Below, piece by piece: positions 51,243-62,300 of a DNA stretch of 64,000 nt (position 1 is its first letter; every line of letters starts with the position of its first letter). The notes beneath the pieces were generated by a model that saw only the letters and a list, made by a program, of their open reading frames with translations, searched no databases and was not told the origin of the DNA. Source of the DNA: Lytechinus pictus (Eukaryota); contig NC_087250.1 in NCBI RefSeq assembly GCF_037042905.1, forward strand, positions 24,368,001 to 24,432,000, read 5' to 3'. The position numbers and the translations under genes are program-made.

Positions 51243-52142
51243 CTGGTGGGTTTGGCAAGTTAAAAAAAAAGTATCAGTTACATCGTATATCTATATATAC
51301 ATGAAGAATATGAAGGCTTGAATGTATGAAAGTTCATCAAGCTGGTGCTACACCAAAACCGAATTCTCCTGAATAAAGTCGGAGCGATTCTGCCCGAATA
51401 TAGCCTAGTTCGGGTTGATTCAGAACATATTCGTTTCTGATTTGGGGAGCGCCCCGAATCAGAGACGAATTGGTCCAGAATAAGTCACGAATAAAAGCAG
51501 AATTGACAAGAATTGACTGCCCAGAGTGCCCCTAATGCCTCCCAGAATTGAGCCAAATTCCATCCGAACACCTCCCGAATGTAGACCGAATGATATTTGT
51601 CATGGCCTCATTCGGGATTATTTTGGAGGATACTTTAATAGTTGGTTTTGAACATTTCAAAACGAGCTGAATCTGTTATGTTTCCGAATCCCTACCGAAC
51701 TTTTTTGTATTCTTGGAGAAAGAATAAAATACGACCGAATCCTCCCGAATAAGTGTATTCTGATGGATTCGCAGCTGATTCGTTTCCGGCGTAACCCAGG
51801 CTTTAATGGCATAGAATCGTACTTCATGGTGGTTAGTGAATTGTGTCGTAAAATGCGTGCCAGTCGTGCCATGACCATCAGACACTGGACTTGACCCGAC
51901 AAACTGCCTACAGTTTTAGAATATTTCTCGACTATCGTCCCCCAATTCTGTCGTGCCATTTTTTTTTTTTGGGGGGGGCACGACACTAAAAACATTATTC
52001 TTCCACTAAAAACGCAAATTATTGCTTTTAGTGTCGGCGTATATCGTGATTCGATGCCATAACTAGTCAGGGCCCCAAATCGTGCAAGTATCATCGTAGC
52101 TTTTTTCCATACTGTATCGTGATTATAAGCGAAGAAACAAAC

Positions 52143-52402
52143 CTCCCCCTCTTTCTTGTGTGCATCTCTTACGTAGACAAACAGAACTTGCATTCCGCTC
52201 AGAAATGGTGGCAGTGGAACATAAGGCGTACAGACAAGACGCTTTCCGATGAATATTTCCTTCAATCTGTTGAACATGTTGTAGACAGACACGAACCAAT
52301 ATTCGCAGAAGTGTTCGAAGTAGACATCGAGGTCCCTTTCTCTTACCACACACCACGGACTGATGTGTTTGGTAGAAGGTATCGTAACAAACTGTTCAGA
52401 AG
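52143..52402 (-). CDS. Exon of the ZU5-death domain gene (ZU5 C-terminus with HFC, start of UPA-like region)
   Basis: TAG acceptor, GTTTGT donor, phase 1 to 0; ...CVVRERDLDVYFEHFCEYWFV...KRLVCTPYVP...LFVYVRD. Confidence 0.75.
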
Positions 52403-52851
52403 CTATCAGATAAAGGAAACAAAGTTTTAACGCATCGTTCCTAATTGTCTACTTTTTAAGCGTGTCTAGAATTTGGTGAATATTTTATATCGAAATTAAA
52501 TGGAAACAATGAACAAAAATAACAACTGGGCCACTTTTCATTGGTCTATTTTCTCAGGACCTTTTGACATGAAAATTATTTCACTTTTTTAGCGTTCACT
52601 TTCAGTCGTATCGATTTTTTTTGGTGGGGATCACTCTCCCATTTACCAAAATTAGAATGCTAAAAATATTTTGATATTGACTCTCATTTACAAGTTTCGT
52701 GTGCCTATTTATACAAAAACTGAATATTGGATTGAATCTCGGGTGACCCATTTTATTCACTGAAATTTCATAGGCTTCTCGTTTACATGTATGTTATCTT
52801 TATTTTAAAGGAATAAGGGTAATTTGAAAAGGAACAATCTGAAAACGAAGA

Positions 52852-52986
52852 ACTAATTTAGCTCTTAAAGAGCGTGTGTAGTGACTGCACTTCGGAGTGC
52901 TGATTTGTCTACTTCAAATTTGAACGAGCAAAATCAGCGCTCCAAAGTGCAGTCACTGTACATGCTCTTTAAGAGCTAAATTAGCT
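52852..52986. repeat. Near-perfect hairpin of about 135 bp in an intron
   Basis: CTAATTTAGCTCTTAAAGAGC...AGTGACTGCACTT... / ...AAGTGCAGTCACT...GCTCTTTAAGAGCTAAATTAG. Confidence 0.85.
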
Positions 52987-53022
52987 CATCGTTTTTTAAG
53001 GTATAAAATATAATAAATTTAC

Positions 53023-53316
53023 CACTTTTCCGATAGTATAAAATGATTTCCGCCTTCTCTGGTTGTGTAAATATTGCAGAGTGAGGCATCGTCACTTTAA
53101 CAGGATGTTCAAAGATTGCGTTAGAAGGCGCCTTTATCTTCAAGCCAAAGGTAATGATTGCTTCTGTTTCCTTGATTTTCAACTCGGATGGAACATCGTT
53201 AATCACTTTAACCGTAATATCCTTTGCATTGTAAGCTTCGTTTGGTGGTATTTGTACTTCAATGCCATATTCCTCGAGTCGAATTATTTCAGGAATACCA
53301 TTTGATTCCTCGACAT
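53023..53316 (-). CDS. ZU5-domain exon of an UNC5CL/PIDD-like ZU5-death domain protein
   Basis: TTTGCAG acceptor, GTAAAT donor, 294 nt, phase 1-1; LEEYGIEVQIPP...E.IITFGL...FEHPVKVTMPHSA is a ZU5 signature. The 5' exons were not identified. Confidence 0.8.
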
Positions 53317-53959
53317 CTGCAAAATTTAGAAGAATGTTTCACAAAACTAAAGATAAATGTTGATAAACATTTTTCTTTTAAAGAATACATCAATTAAAAT
53401 GGTATACAGGTATCAAAATGTCATGAAAGCAGATGGATATAATGAATATAAAACAAAATCAAATAAAGTGAAGACGAACAAAAATAGGCCTAAGTCGAAA
53501 TTGAATCACAAAGAGTAGTACTGTATCATAGAAACATCTGTCTGAGGATCAGCTCTATGATTAATGTGACAGAATTGTAATAAACGCCTGACAAAGACGT
53601 ACGACGAAAATGTGGGTGCAATGAATACTTATTGGCCCAAAAAGTACTTTCAACACTATATACACAACAAAAATAAGTTCCTCCTAAATCATATTGCTGT
53701 AACTTTTGAACGGAACAGTTTTGAGATATAACATTTCGTAGGTGGTTGTCTTTACTCATCAAGCAACTTCTGAGGAAAAATGAGATTGATTGACATTGAA
53801 TCAAAGAGTCAACTGCGGTATAAAACCCCTATTTACACAAGTTACATCAACATTATGAGCTATATATCTGACCAGAAAAGTGTCAGGAATCAAAACAATA
53901 TAAGCAATATCAACTTCGACCAAGCAAAAAGTCTGAAATTGACCCCAAAACTGCAACCA

Positions 53960-54972
53960 AAATGGCGTCAGTCACACCGGCGACACAGAAATAGAAATTG
54001 GACATGCCCTACGCCGAAACCAAGCCGACCGTGAAGGTAAAGAACGCTGCTAAGAAAACTGAATCAGAAAGTGCCACGCCCTAGTCAGCGAATCCCGACA
54101 TAGCAGCTCAAGGGGCAAGACCGCGCACTAGTGCACTCATGAACCAGCACGGAGAACATGGAGAAGGAGTTTCGGCCAGTATGATTACTGCGATGTCGCA
54201 AGCAGTCAAAAGTGCCGTAGCGGAGTCAAATTCTGAGATAAACCGCAAATTAGATCAAGTTTTGCGGGATATCGCTCATTTTAAGTCAGAGCTAGATGCT
54301 ACTAACAGAGCGGTAGCTGAGCTACAGGTTTTCGTTAGTGACACTTCCGAGAGGATTTCTGTCGTTGAAACTACCACCATTCCAGATGCCATCAACGAAA
54401 GCAGAAATTTTTGGAGACCTCGAAGAAAAGTTGCTTCTGCATGAAATTTACCTAAGGAAAATGAACCTTCTGATTTATGGTGTAAGTCAGAAACAAGATG
54501 AAGACGTCCTTAACGGATCTACTAATGCAATCACTGAGCTTCTAAACATAACACATAATGATGCCGAGAATATTCCCATTTCTGATGCACACCGCCTTCC
54601 GACAACTCGCAATCCTAGAAATCCCAGCGCCTCTTATTCTCCCGATCCTATAATCATCAGATTTTCCAGGATGGCCGATCGAGACAACGTCTTGAAGGCA
54701 TTCGAGCACCCTGATTACGCTCGCCGTTAACAACCAGTCAGCAACAACAAAAGTGCTGGAGCTCGACGACGTATCACCGTACGGTCAGATCTTCCACCAT
54801 CTATGAAGCGCGAACGAAGTCGACTGTCCTCCATCATGTCCACTGCCTACACGCTTAGGGAAAAAAAAGAAATTAATGACAAGAATCGAAGTCGTCAATA
54901 CATCGGTCACTCTTCAAACAAAACGAAACAGAGAGGACGCCTGGACAACCTGGAATGAGCAACATCCTTAGG
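53960..54972 (+). pseudogene. Frameshifted LINE ORF1p (coiled coil plus RRM-like) with no ORF2 downstream
   Basis: Heptad-rich segment, then RKMNLLIYG, DAHRL, PIIIRF and ITVRSDLP motifs, split over several frames. Confidence 0.7.
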
Positions 54973-57566
54973 TGAATATTATAAATCAGATTTGATGTCT
55001 CCATTTCAATATTCATCAGGTCACCATCTTGACAAAGTCATGCATGTGACTTACCAGATTTACTTACAAACTTCGCACAATATGGTTATCACTTTTTAAG
55101 CTTACCTGATGATTATGACAAATGACTCCTCGTTTTAAAAAATACTCAGAGTCAAACTTCATGGATATTTCAATCTTACCCACACTTCCTACATGCTTGA
55201 AGAGGATGCATAACCTAGCAAGTTGTTGACTGAGAGAAATGTATCTAGCCCGTATATACTCAAAGATTTAACACAAATCGACGTGCAATATGCATGACAT
55301 ACTTTCTAGATTCATTGAATGTATGAATTTAAGTTGACAACTTCTTACATAATAACAGGGGCGGATCCAGCCTCCGCCAATAGGCGGGGCCGAAATTTTT
55401 TTCACCCATATTTTCCCCGATCGGCCACTCAAAGTTGATTTTTGTTTGATTCTTTGAAGGGGTTGTCCCAGTGGTGTAATTAGTCCAAATTTTTTAGAGG
55501 GCTCGATATGGCGTATCGCGTAAAATTAATAAGAAGTTACGAGCGAGCGAAGCGAGCGAGCAAAAATTTTGACATTTTTATTACAAAAATCCAAGTTCGT
55601 TATAGATTTTGACATAATATTTGGAAAATAACATTATATTTCACTCTTATCCCTTTTCTCTTCTCTTTATTTTTCTTGATTGTGATTTTTTTTTTGGGGG
55701 GAGGAGCAAAACGCCCATATCCTACAGTAATTTCTTAGCTTTATTCTTATAAACAACATAAATGTTTAATAATTTCATAAGCACTATTTAAGCGCGAAGT
55801 GCGAGCTAAACAATTTGAAATTTCATGCATTTTGTCCTGAAAATTGAACATTCTGGGCAATGTTTATGAACCTAAACAAGATGCATATGTAACTAGATAA
55901 TTACTGTGAGAGCGAAGCGCGAGCAGAAATCTTGATAATGCGTACTGGCCTTGTCAAAAAGGGACCTGTTGAGACGTTTTGCAGTCAGAAATTAAGACGA
56001 TACATATTCCAATGATTAGATAATGCGAACGCGAAGCGCGAGCTGAAAATTTTTTGACGTTCCGGCATAAAAAATTAACGTTCTATGCACTTTTGTAATC
56101 ATAAACGGTACAAGTATATAACCAAACAATTGATGCGAGCGCGAGGCGAGAGCGGAAAAAATTGAGATTTCAAACCTAAGAACGGGACACTCTCTTCATG
56201 TTTTGTAAGTGGTGAAAAATATAGGGTATAATTTGGAATCTTCCTACATTAATAATGCGAGCGCAAAGCGTCAACAGAAAAATTTTGATATTCTGATCTG
56301 AAACTGGATATATAGGCTCATAATGATTTAAATAGAGAACAAGCTGCGTGTCTGAATAAACATGCGTGCGCGTGTTTCAGATTTCAACCTAGAATCTGGG
56401 TATTCTAAATATCCTTTTTCACCATGAAAAAAAAATATTTAAATAATCTTTTTTTTTTATAATTTAAATATTTGATATTCCGATCTGAAAAAAGGTCAAT
56501 TTAAGCTCTGTATTTCGAGCACTTTGTAGGAAAATTGTGAGGTGGATATGAATCACAGTTTAAAAAAAGGTCTGATATGTTTCATTATTATTACTTTGAG
56601 TTTTGACATAGGACAGGGACATTTTAAGAACATTATGTCATCATATGAAAATGATGATTATCTTCCTATTTCTCTTCCTAAGCGGGAGATTAAACTTGTC
56701 GATATTCCGTTCTGAACAATGGGTCCGCCTATAAATAATGCAATTAATCACAAAACGAATTGCATACTCAATTTATGTGATCTATAGGAGAAGGCGGGGT
56801 AAGTTGTGACACTTTTTGCATTTTGCTTGTTAGAATTGATATGACTGATAAAATTGTAGTATTAAGTACCTTGCCTTTAAATTTGATTCTTGGGAAATAT
56901 TTTTCACCTTTATATGACTTTCTACCCCCACCCTGAAAGTCATTGTGACCTTTGAAAAAATTGGTCACGAACATCACGAAAAAGGTTGAGAAAAATAATT
57001 TCAGTTACCAAATTAAAGAATTACTTGCCAATGATATTTGAAAATCGTATTTTTTGTTTCCATTACATGTTCATTGAGCCGTGAAATGATGAATATTGTT
57101 GAAAATACTCTTCCCCAAAATAATTGTCATCATGTTCGATCATTTATATCGATAGAAATGTCAAATGGCTCAACTTGCCACATCTGTGGGGTAAGTTGTG
57201 CCACCTTCAGGGGTAAGTTGAGCCACAAAAACTATGTACAAAATGTATGCATAAAGAATCGGCATGTGTTTTTTTTTTATTTAAAGTCTTTTCACTTGCT
57301 AATTCTCTATAAACACTAACATCCTCTAAAAGTAAAAGAACTGTCATGTGAACTTGCTCCGTTCTGGCTGCATATCAATGGCTTTTTAAGGTTTGTTTGT
57401 TTGTTTTTCTATTATACATTAGCATAAGAATTACCATGGCTCAACTTGCCCCATGTTGGCGGGCACTAATTACCCCAGTCCGAACTTAATGCGATATTTT
57501 CACATCCACACATTTGTTATGCATCCATCATGTAAAAGACTATGACAAGAATGAGAATCTATACTT

Positions 57567-57725
57567 GGGGAGTGTTTCATCAACATTTTCATCCGACAAG
57601 TTGTCAGATCTGACATCTATCTCTGATGTTGATTGGCTGAGAGGTACTGTTACTATGGTAACTGTCGGATAAAATGGGACTTGTCGGATAAAACGTCCGA
57701 CAAGTCCTTTCATGAAACGCTCCCC
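57567..57725. mobile_element. Harbinger-like MITE
   Basis: GGGGAGTGTTTCAT ... ATGAAACGCTCCCC. Confidence 0.65.
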
Positions 57726-59315
57726 AGGACTAACAATATTGTTCTTATTTCTTTATTATATTTAAAGACGTGTCTGGGTAAAAACCACTGATCTAGTCCA
57801 CACCCTTGTTTTACATTTTTGGCTGAAATTTGTATTTTTCCCTCTAAAAAAAGTACTTTTTGTTTCAAAGTTGAAAACAGTGTGGTGGGCTTAAGGGTTA
57901 TGTAATGGGTTACAGTGGCGTAACAGGCGGGAGGGCAGGGGGGACAAGCTGCCCCCCCCCCCCCCTGGCGGAGCTCACCGGGAAAATAAAAAACCGGAAA
58001 AATAAAATAAAAAAAAGGGGAAGAAAGGGAAAGGGAAAGGAAAAAAAAAGGGAAAAGAAAACTAAGAAAAACCATAAAGAAGGGAAAACGGAAAGATAAC
58101 GGGAAAAGGAAGGAAAAAAGAACAAGTGAGAAAGACAATTCGCCCCGATATACAAATACATTAGCGTGATTAGTAAGACAGAGAAATAAATTAAAGATGA
58201 CAAAAAGGCAAACAAAAGCGGGAAATAAAGGCAGAATGGAATTAGCCAAAATCTAAATTGGAAAATAAAGAATAGGGACAAGATAACGTACACTACCGGA
58301 CTGCCGAGGATTGAGATAACGAGCGGGAAGAAAAATGGATGTTATATAGCATAATGTCGTATGAAAGTCTATCACAAACTTGCTAAATCTCCAAAGGCTC
58401 TGTCCAACTTCATCTGTAACCTTTAATGGGTTCTTTAACGGGCCCCTATATGGACCCTTCCTGCATTAAGCTTTACGTTGAAGCACTGGCGTACCGGGGA
58501 TGGTTCCACAGCCAAGGGGAAATAAAAGAAAATAAAGGAGGCAGCGAAATGAGATGAATGAAAAAAAATAGATGTCATGATAATTGCTATAATGATGTAA
58601 AAATCCATCACATAATTAGAATTTCATTTTAACAGGCCTTTTTTTTTCTGGCTCGCTTCACTCGCTGGCGACTTTTTACAAATTTTCCCACATTTGCTAT
58701 GGTGTGCCCCTCACAATATTTGGATGATTACGATACACAACTGCATTGAATTTATGTGTTGTGTTAAAGCTATATAATATACACGCAATTTGATTAAAAT
58801 AAGTGGCCATCTGTAAGGTTTAAAATGGCTTTGATATCAAGAGGTTCCGGGGCTCTGCCCTGGACCCCACCCATAAAGCACTGTTATATGGATGAGTTTG
58901 GACCATGGCTCCCAAAAGTTCTACAATCAAACAAAAAAAAATGAGGAAAGAAAGGAAAGTGTATTATATTTTTCTGAATATCACGTTAAAATCTATCCTT
59001 ATGTTAGATTCTCATGAAAAGGTGATTTTGTTTATCTCGCTCACTTCGCTCGCTCGGGATCTATATTAAGCTACTTCTTGCCAGAAGCGCCATACTCGGC
59101 CCCCTCGAGCATATAGAGCTTCGCCCTGATGCTCACAATCATAACAAAAATCCTGTTCACCGTGGCGTACAAAAAAAGAGAGAAAAAAGGAAAGAGGGGA
59201 GGGTGAATATGATATCATCTTTTTATCATTATGTCAAAATCTATCACAAAATTGGATTTTTGCAATAAAAATGTCAATTTTTTTTTGCTCGCTCGCTCGC
59301 TCACTTATATATATA

Positions 59316-61211
59316 CACTACTCAAAAAAAGTTAAGGACCACTTTTTAAAACGTACATAAAGATTTTATACAAGGTGTTTTATTTCTGGAAATACCTCAG
59401 TACAACTGTCCTAAATGTCCTTAAACACGCTGTAATCAATTTCACGCATGGGTGGTTTCAGTTGTTGCACAATGTCTCTCGCATCACTGCACATCCTGAA
59501 AAGTGGGCCCCGAGGGGTATCAGCTACCGACATGAAGTGGTAAAAACGAATGTCTGAGTGTCTTTCAGGCAGTTCAGTAACGAGTGTGACCACCTCATGC
59601 AGCAATAACGGCTTCACAGCGCTGTCTCATGGAGCTGATGAGGCGATTGATGTCTCTGACGTCCATTGCATCCCATGCAGCCTCCAGAGCCACACCCAGC
59701 TGCTGCAGTCCAAGTGGATGGGCTTCGAGCTGGTCGAGACTCCTCCCCATCATGTCCCAGACGTGCTCTATCGGGTTTAAGTCCGGGGACCTCGCTGGCC
59801 ACTCCATACGCTCAATCCCCTGGCCCTCAAGGAACTCGGTCACCACCCTAGCTCGGTGGGCACGGGCATTGTCATCCATGAAAATGATGTTTTGTCCCAC
59901 ATTTTCTGCAAATGGCACCACTATAGGTTCAAGGACCTCATCCCTGTACCTCACTCCTGTCATTGCTCCCCCTGGGACCACGTAGAGACGAGTACGGTTG
60001 GCGTAGGTGATGCCTCCCCACACCATGACGCTGCCTCCCCCATAACGGTCATGTTCTGCAATACAGGGGTCTGCAAATCTCTCTCCTGGTCGCCTCCAGA
60101 CTCTCGAACGTCCATCATTGTGGTCAAGGGAAAATCTGCTCTCATCTGTGAACAGAACTCTACGCCATTGCTGTCTGGTCCATCTGACATGCTCCCGGGC
60201 CCAGTTGAGACGAATTCTTCTGTGAGCAGGGGTGAGTGGGACACACTGAGCTGGCCGTCTGGCATGCATATTGGCTCTGTGAAGTCGGTTACGGATTGTT
60301 TGAGTGGAAACAATCACTCCAGTTGCTGCAGCGAAGTCATTGTTGAGGCGGCGTGCACTGTGAAAGCGGTTGCGGAGGCTAAAATTCGTCAAGTAGCGAT
60401 CATCTCTAGGGGTTGTCGAAACTGGTCGGCCACTGCGGGGTCTCTCGGAGTATAGCCCTGTCTCTCGGTGTCTTTGATTTGCTCTGCTAATGACACTGTG
60501 TGACACGCCCATCATTCTGGCTACTCTTCGCTGACTGAGGCCAGCTTCCAGCATCCCTAGGGCTCTGGCTACATCTGTTTCACTTAGGTGGTGTCTTGGC
60601 ATTGCTGTTGTAGGCAAGTTGTTGATTGTACAGACTAAAGACGGAAAATGCTTTGGAAGACACTTGTCTTATGGCCCACTGCAATGATGCCAGAGACATC
60701 ATGAAAGAACTGCATGTGTGAAATTGATGTCATTGTGTTTGATGGCATTCTGGACAGCTGTATATTGGCATTGCTATTGTCAGCAAGTTGTTGATTGTAG
60801 AGACTAAAGACAGAAAATGCTTTGGAAGCCACTTTTGTACGGGCACATTGCAATGATGCAAGAGACATGAAAGAACTGCATGTGTGAAATTGATTTCATT
60901 GTGTTTGATGGCATCCTGGACAGCTGTATCTTGGCATTGCTGTTGTCAGCAATTTGTTGATTGTAGAGACTAAAGACAGAAAATGCATTTGAATCCACAT
61001 TTGTACCACTTCACAATGGGCCCACTTTTCAGGATATGCAATAATGCGAGAGACATCATGCAACAACTGAAACCACCCATGTGTGAAATTGTTACAGGGT
61101 GTTTGAGGAGATTCAAGACAGCCATATTCGGGTATTTCTAGAAATACAACACCCGGTTTGAAAATTGTATACACACATTAAAAAGTGGTCCTTAACTTTT
61201 TTTGAGTAGTG
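59316..61211 (-). mobile_element. Full-length Tc1 transposon with imperfect TIRs of about 195 bp and TA TSD
   Basis: TA|CACTACTCAAAAAAAGTTAAGGACCACTTTTTAA at both ends; encodes a transposase. Confidence 0.95.
59595..60602 (-). CDS. Tc1 DD34E transposase with a premature stop 7 codons before the ancestral end
   Basis: HTH region, GRP motif, FTDESRF, VMVWGGI, FMDDNA-34aa-E in WPARSPDLNPIEHVW; first ATG at 60602. Confidence 0.95.
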   Translation of the reverse strand: MPRHHLSETDVARALGMLEAGLSQRRVARMMGVSHSVISRANQRHRETGLYSERPRSGRPVSTTPRDDRYLTNFSLRNRFHSARRLNNDFAAATGVIVSTQTIRNRLHRANMHARRPAQCVPLTPAHRRIRLNWAREHVRWTRQQWRRVLFTDESRFSLDHNDGRSRVWRRPGERFADPCIAEHDRYGGGSVMVWGGITYANRTRLYVVPGGAMTGVRYRDEVLEPIVVPFAENVGQNIIFMDDNARAHRARVVTEFLEGQGIERMEWPARSPDLNPIEHVWDMMGRSLDQLEAHPLGLQQLGVALEAAWDAMDVRDINRLISSMRQRCEAVIAA

Positions 61212-61561
61212 TATATATTTGCCCGATATGCCATATCGCCCCCTCAAAAATTTTGCCTTATGACGCCATTGCCTGTTCCATGATATGACCGGGAAATTTT
61301 TGGCTCTTGCCCCCCCCCCCCTGGCCACCGACCCCTGTTACGCCGCTGATGGGTTATCAATGCATGACACCACCACAATGTCTGACTCATTCATTATTGG
61401 TCTGGGTTGGTGGCTCAACTTGCCCGTATGCTTAACTTACCCCGCCTTCCCCTAGTATTACATTATTTTGTATCCTGCAAAACCTCGAAGTAGATGACGA
61501 CATTTTGCATCACACACTCTTCTGAAACAACGCTCCTTCTGACATTTAAGCAGGATCATAC

Positions 61562-62300
61562 CATGGACCTATGAAGAGATGGACATTCATCGCTTAGATA
61601 ATGAATTCACTAACAGGTGACGGTAATTGTCATCTGAATAACATTCTCTTCATACTAGTCTTCTTTGGTCCTATGATCGTCACCGTGAGAAGGGACTGAA
61701 TTAGTTCGTTATTGGACATTTATATTTCACAAATTATATGTGCAGTTGATAGAAAATCAATGAAATAATGGATAATCGATGTGCAGTTTTTGTTTACCTT
61801 TGTTAATCTTAGTTCCATGTGTTTTATTTGGGGAAATGTCTGCATATTTTGATATAGAGGCAATATTGTGATTGATTGTTTACCATTTAAAATTCAATTT
61901 TCCCAAGTTTCTCCATAATATTCCAGATATACGTGGCACATAACATGTGTAGATCGTGTATCTTTCAATGTTATTGAGGTCCTTATGTGTGAGCGGTAGT
62001 TAGCGGATCGAATAATATCATATTTTATATCATAAAAATCGTCTGCTTCTCAAGTTTGCTGATCCATATATGAAGCAAATTGACTGAAAGGCACATACTG
62101 AAACAGGGGATCAGCCAACAAAAGTCAAGACCGGGAAACTGTTCCGTCTTTGAGTGATCAGATACCCTTGGTAGTCATGGTAATTGCTATTGTTACAACA
62201 CCTGTATGTTCTCATTAAGATGCGCATAACCAGGTGACGGTGACTATCATTGGGTCAAAGAAATGCTCGCGTTAATCGTCCATCTTTTCATAGGTCCATG
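61562..62300. mobile_element. P-element-like non-autonomous transposon with 7-bp TSD ATCATAC
   Basis: CATGGACCTATGAAGAGATGGAC ... GTCCATCTTTTCATAGGTCCATG; TSD at 61555-61561 and 62301-62307. Confidence 0.75.

Larger units (their letters stand above)
57913..61348. mobile_element. hAT-like non-autonomous element with 8-bp TSD ATGGGTTA
   Basis: CAGTGGCGTAACAGG ... CCTGTTACGCCGCTG; ATGGGTTA at 57905-57912 and 61349-61356. Confidence 0.85.
56787..61452. mobile_element. Outer TA-flanked TIR element (Tc1/mariner superfamily-like) hosting nested insertions
   Basis: TA|GGAGAAGGCGGGGTAAGTT ... AACTTACCCCGCCTTCCCC|TA; internal GGGGTAAGTTG repeats. Confidence 0.75.

Noticed and set aside
51657..52142. 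C-terminal part of the 230-aa ORF 51657-52349
   Set aside because: Read-through past the donor at 52142 into intronic repeat sequence.
57710..58293. Hydrophobic membrane-protein-like ORFs
   Set aside because: Translations of low-complexity purine/pyrimidine tracts inside a MITE.
59550..60455. Overlapping ORFs on the + strand and in alternative frames within the Tc1 gene
   Set aside because: By-products of the GC-rich transposase coding sequence.
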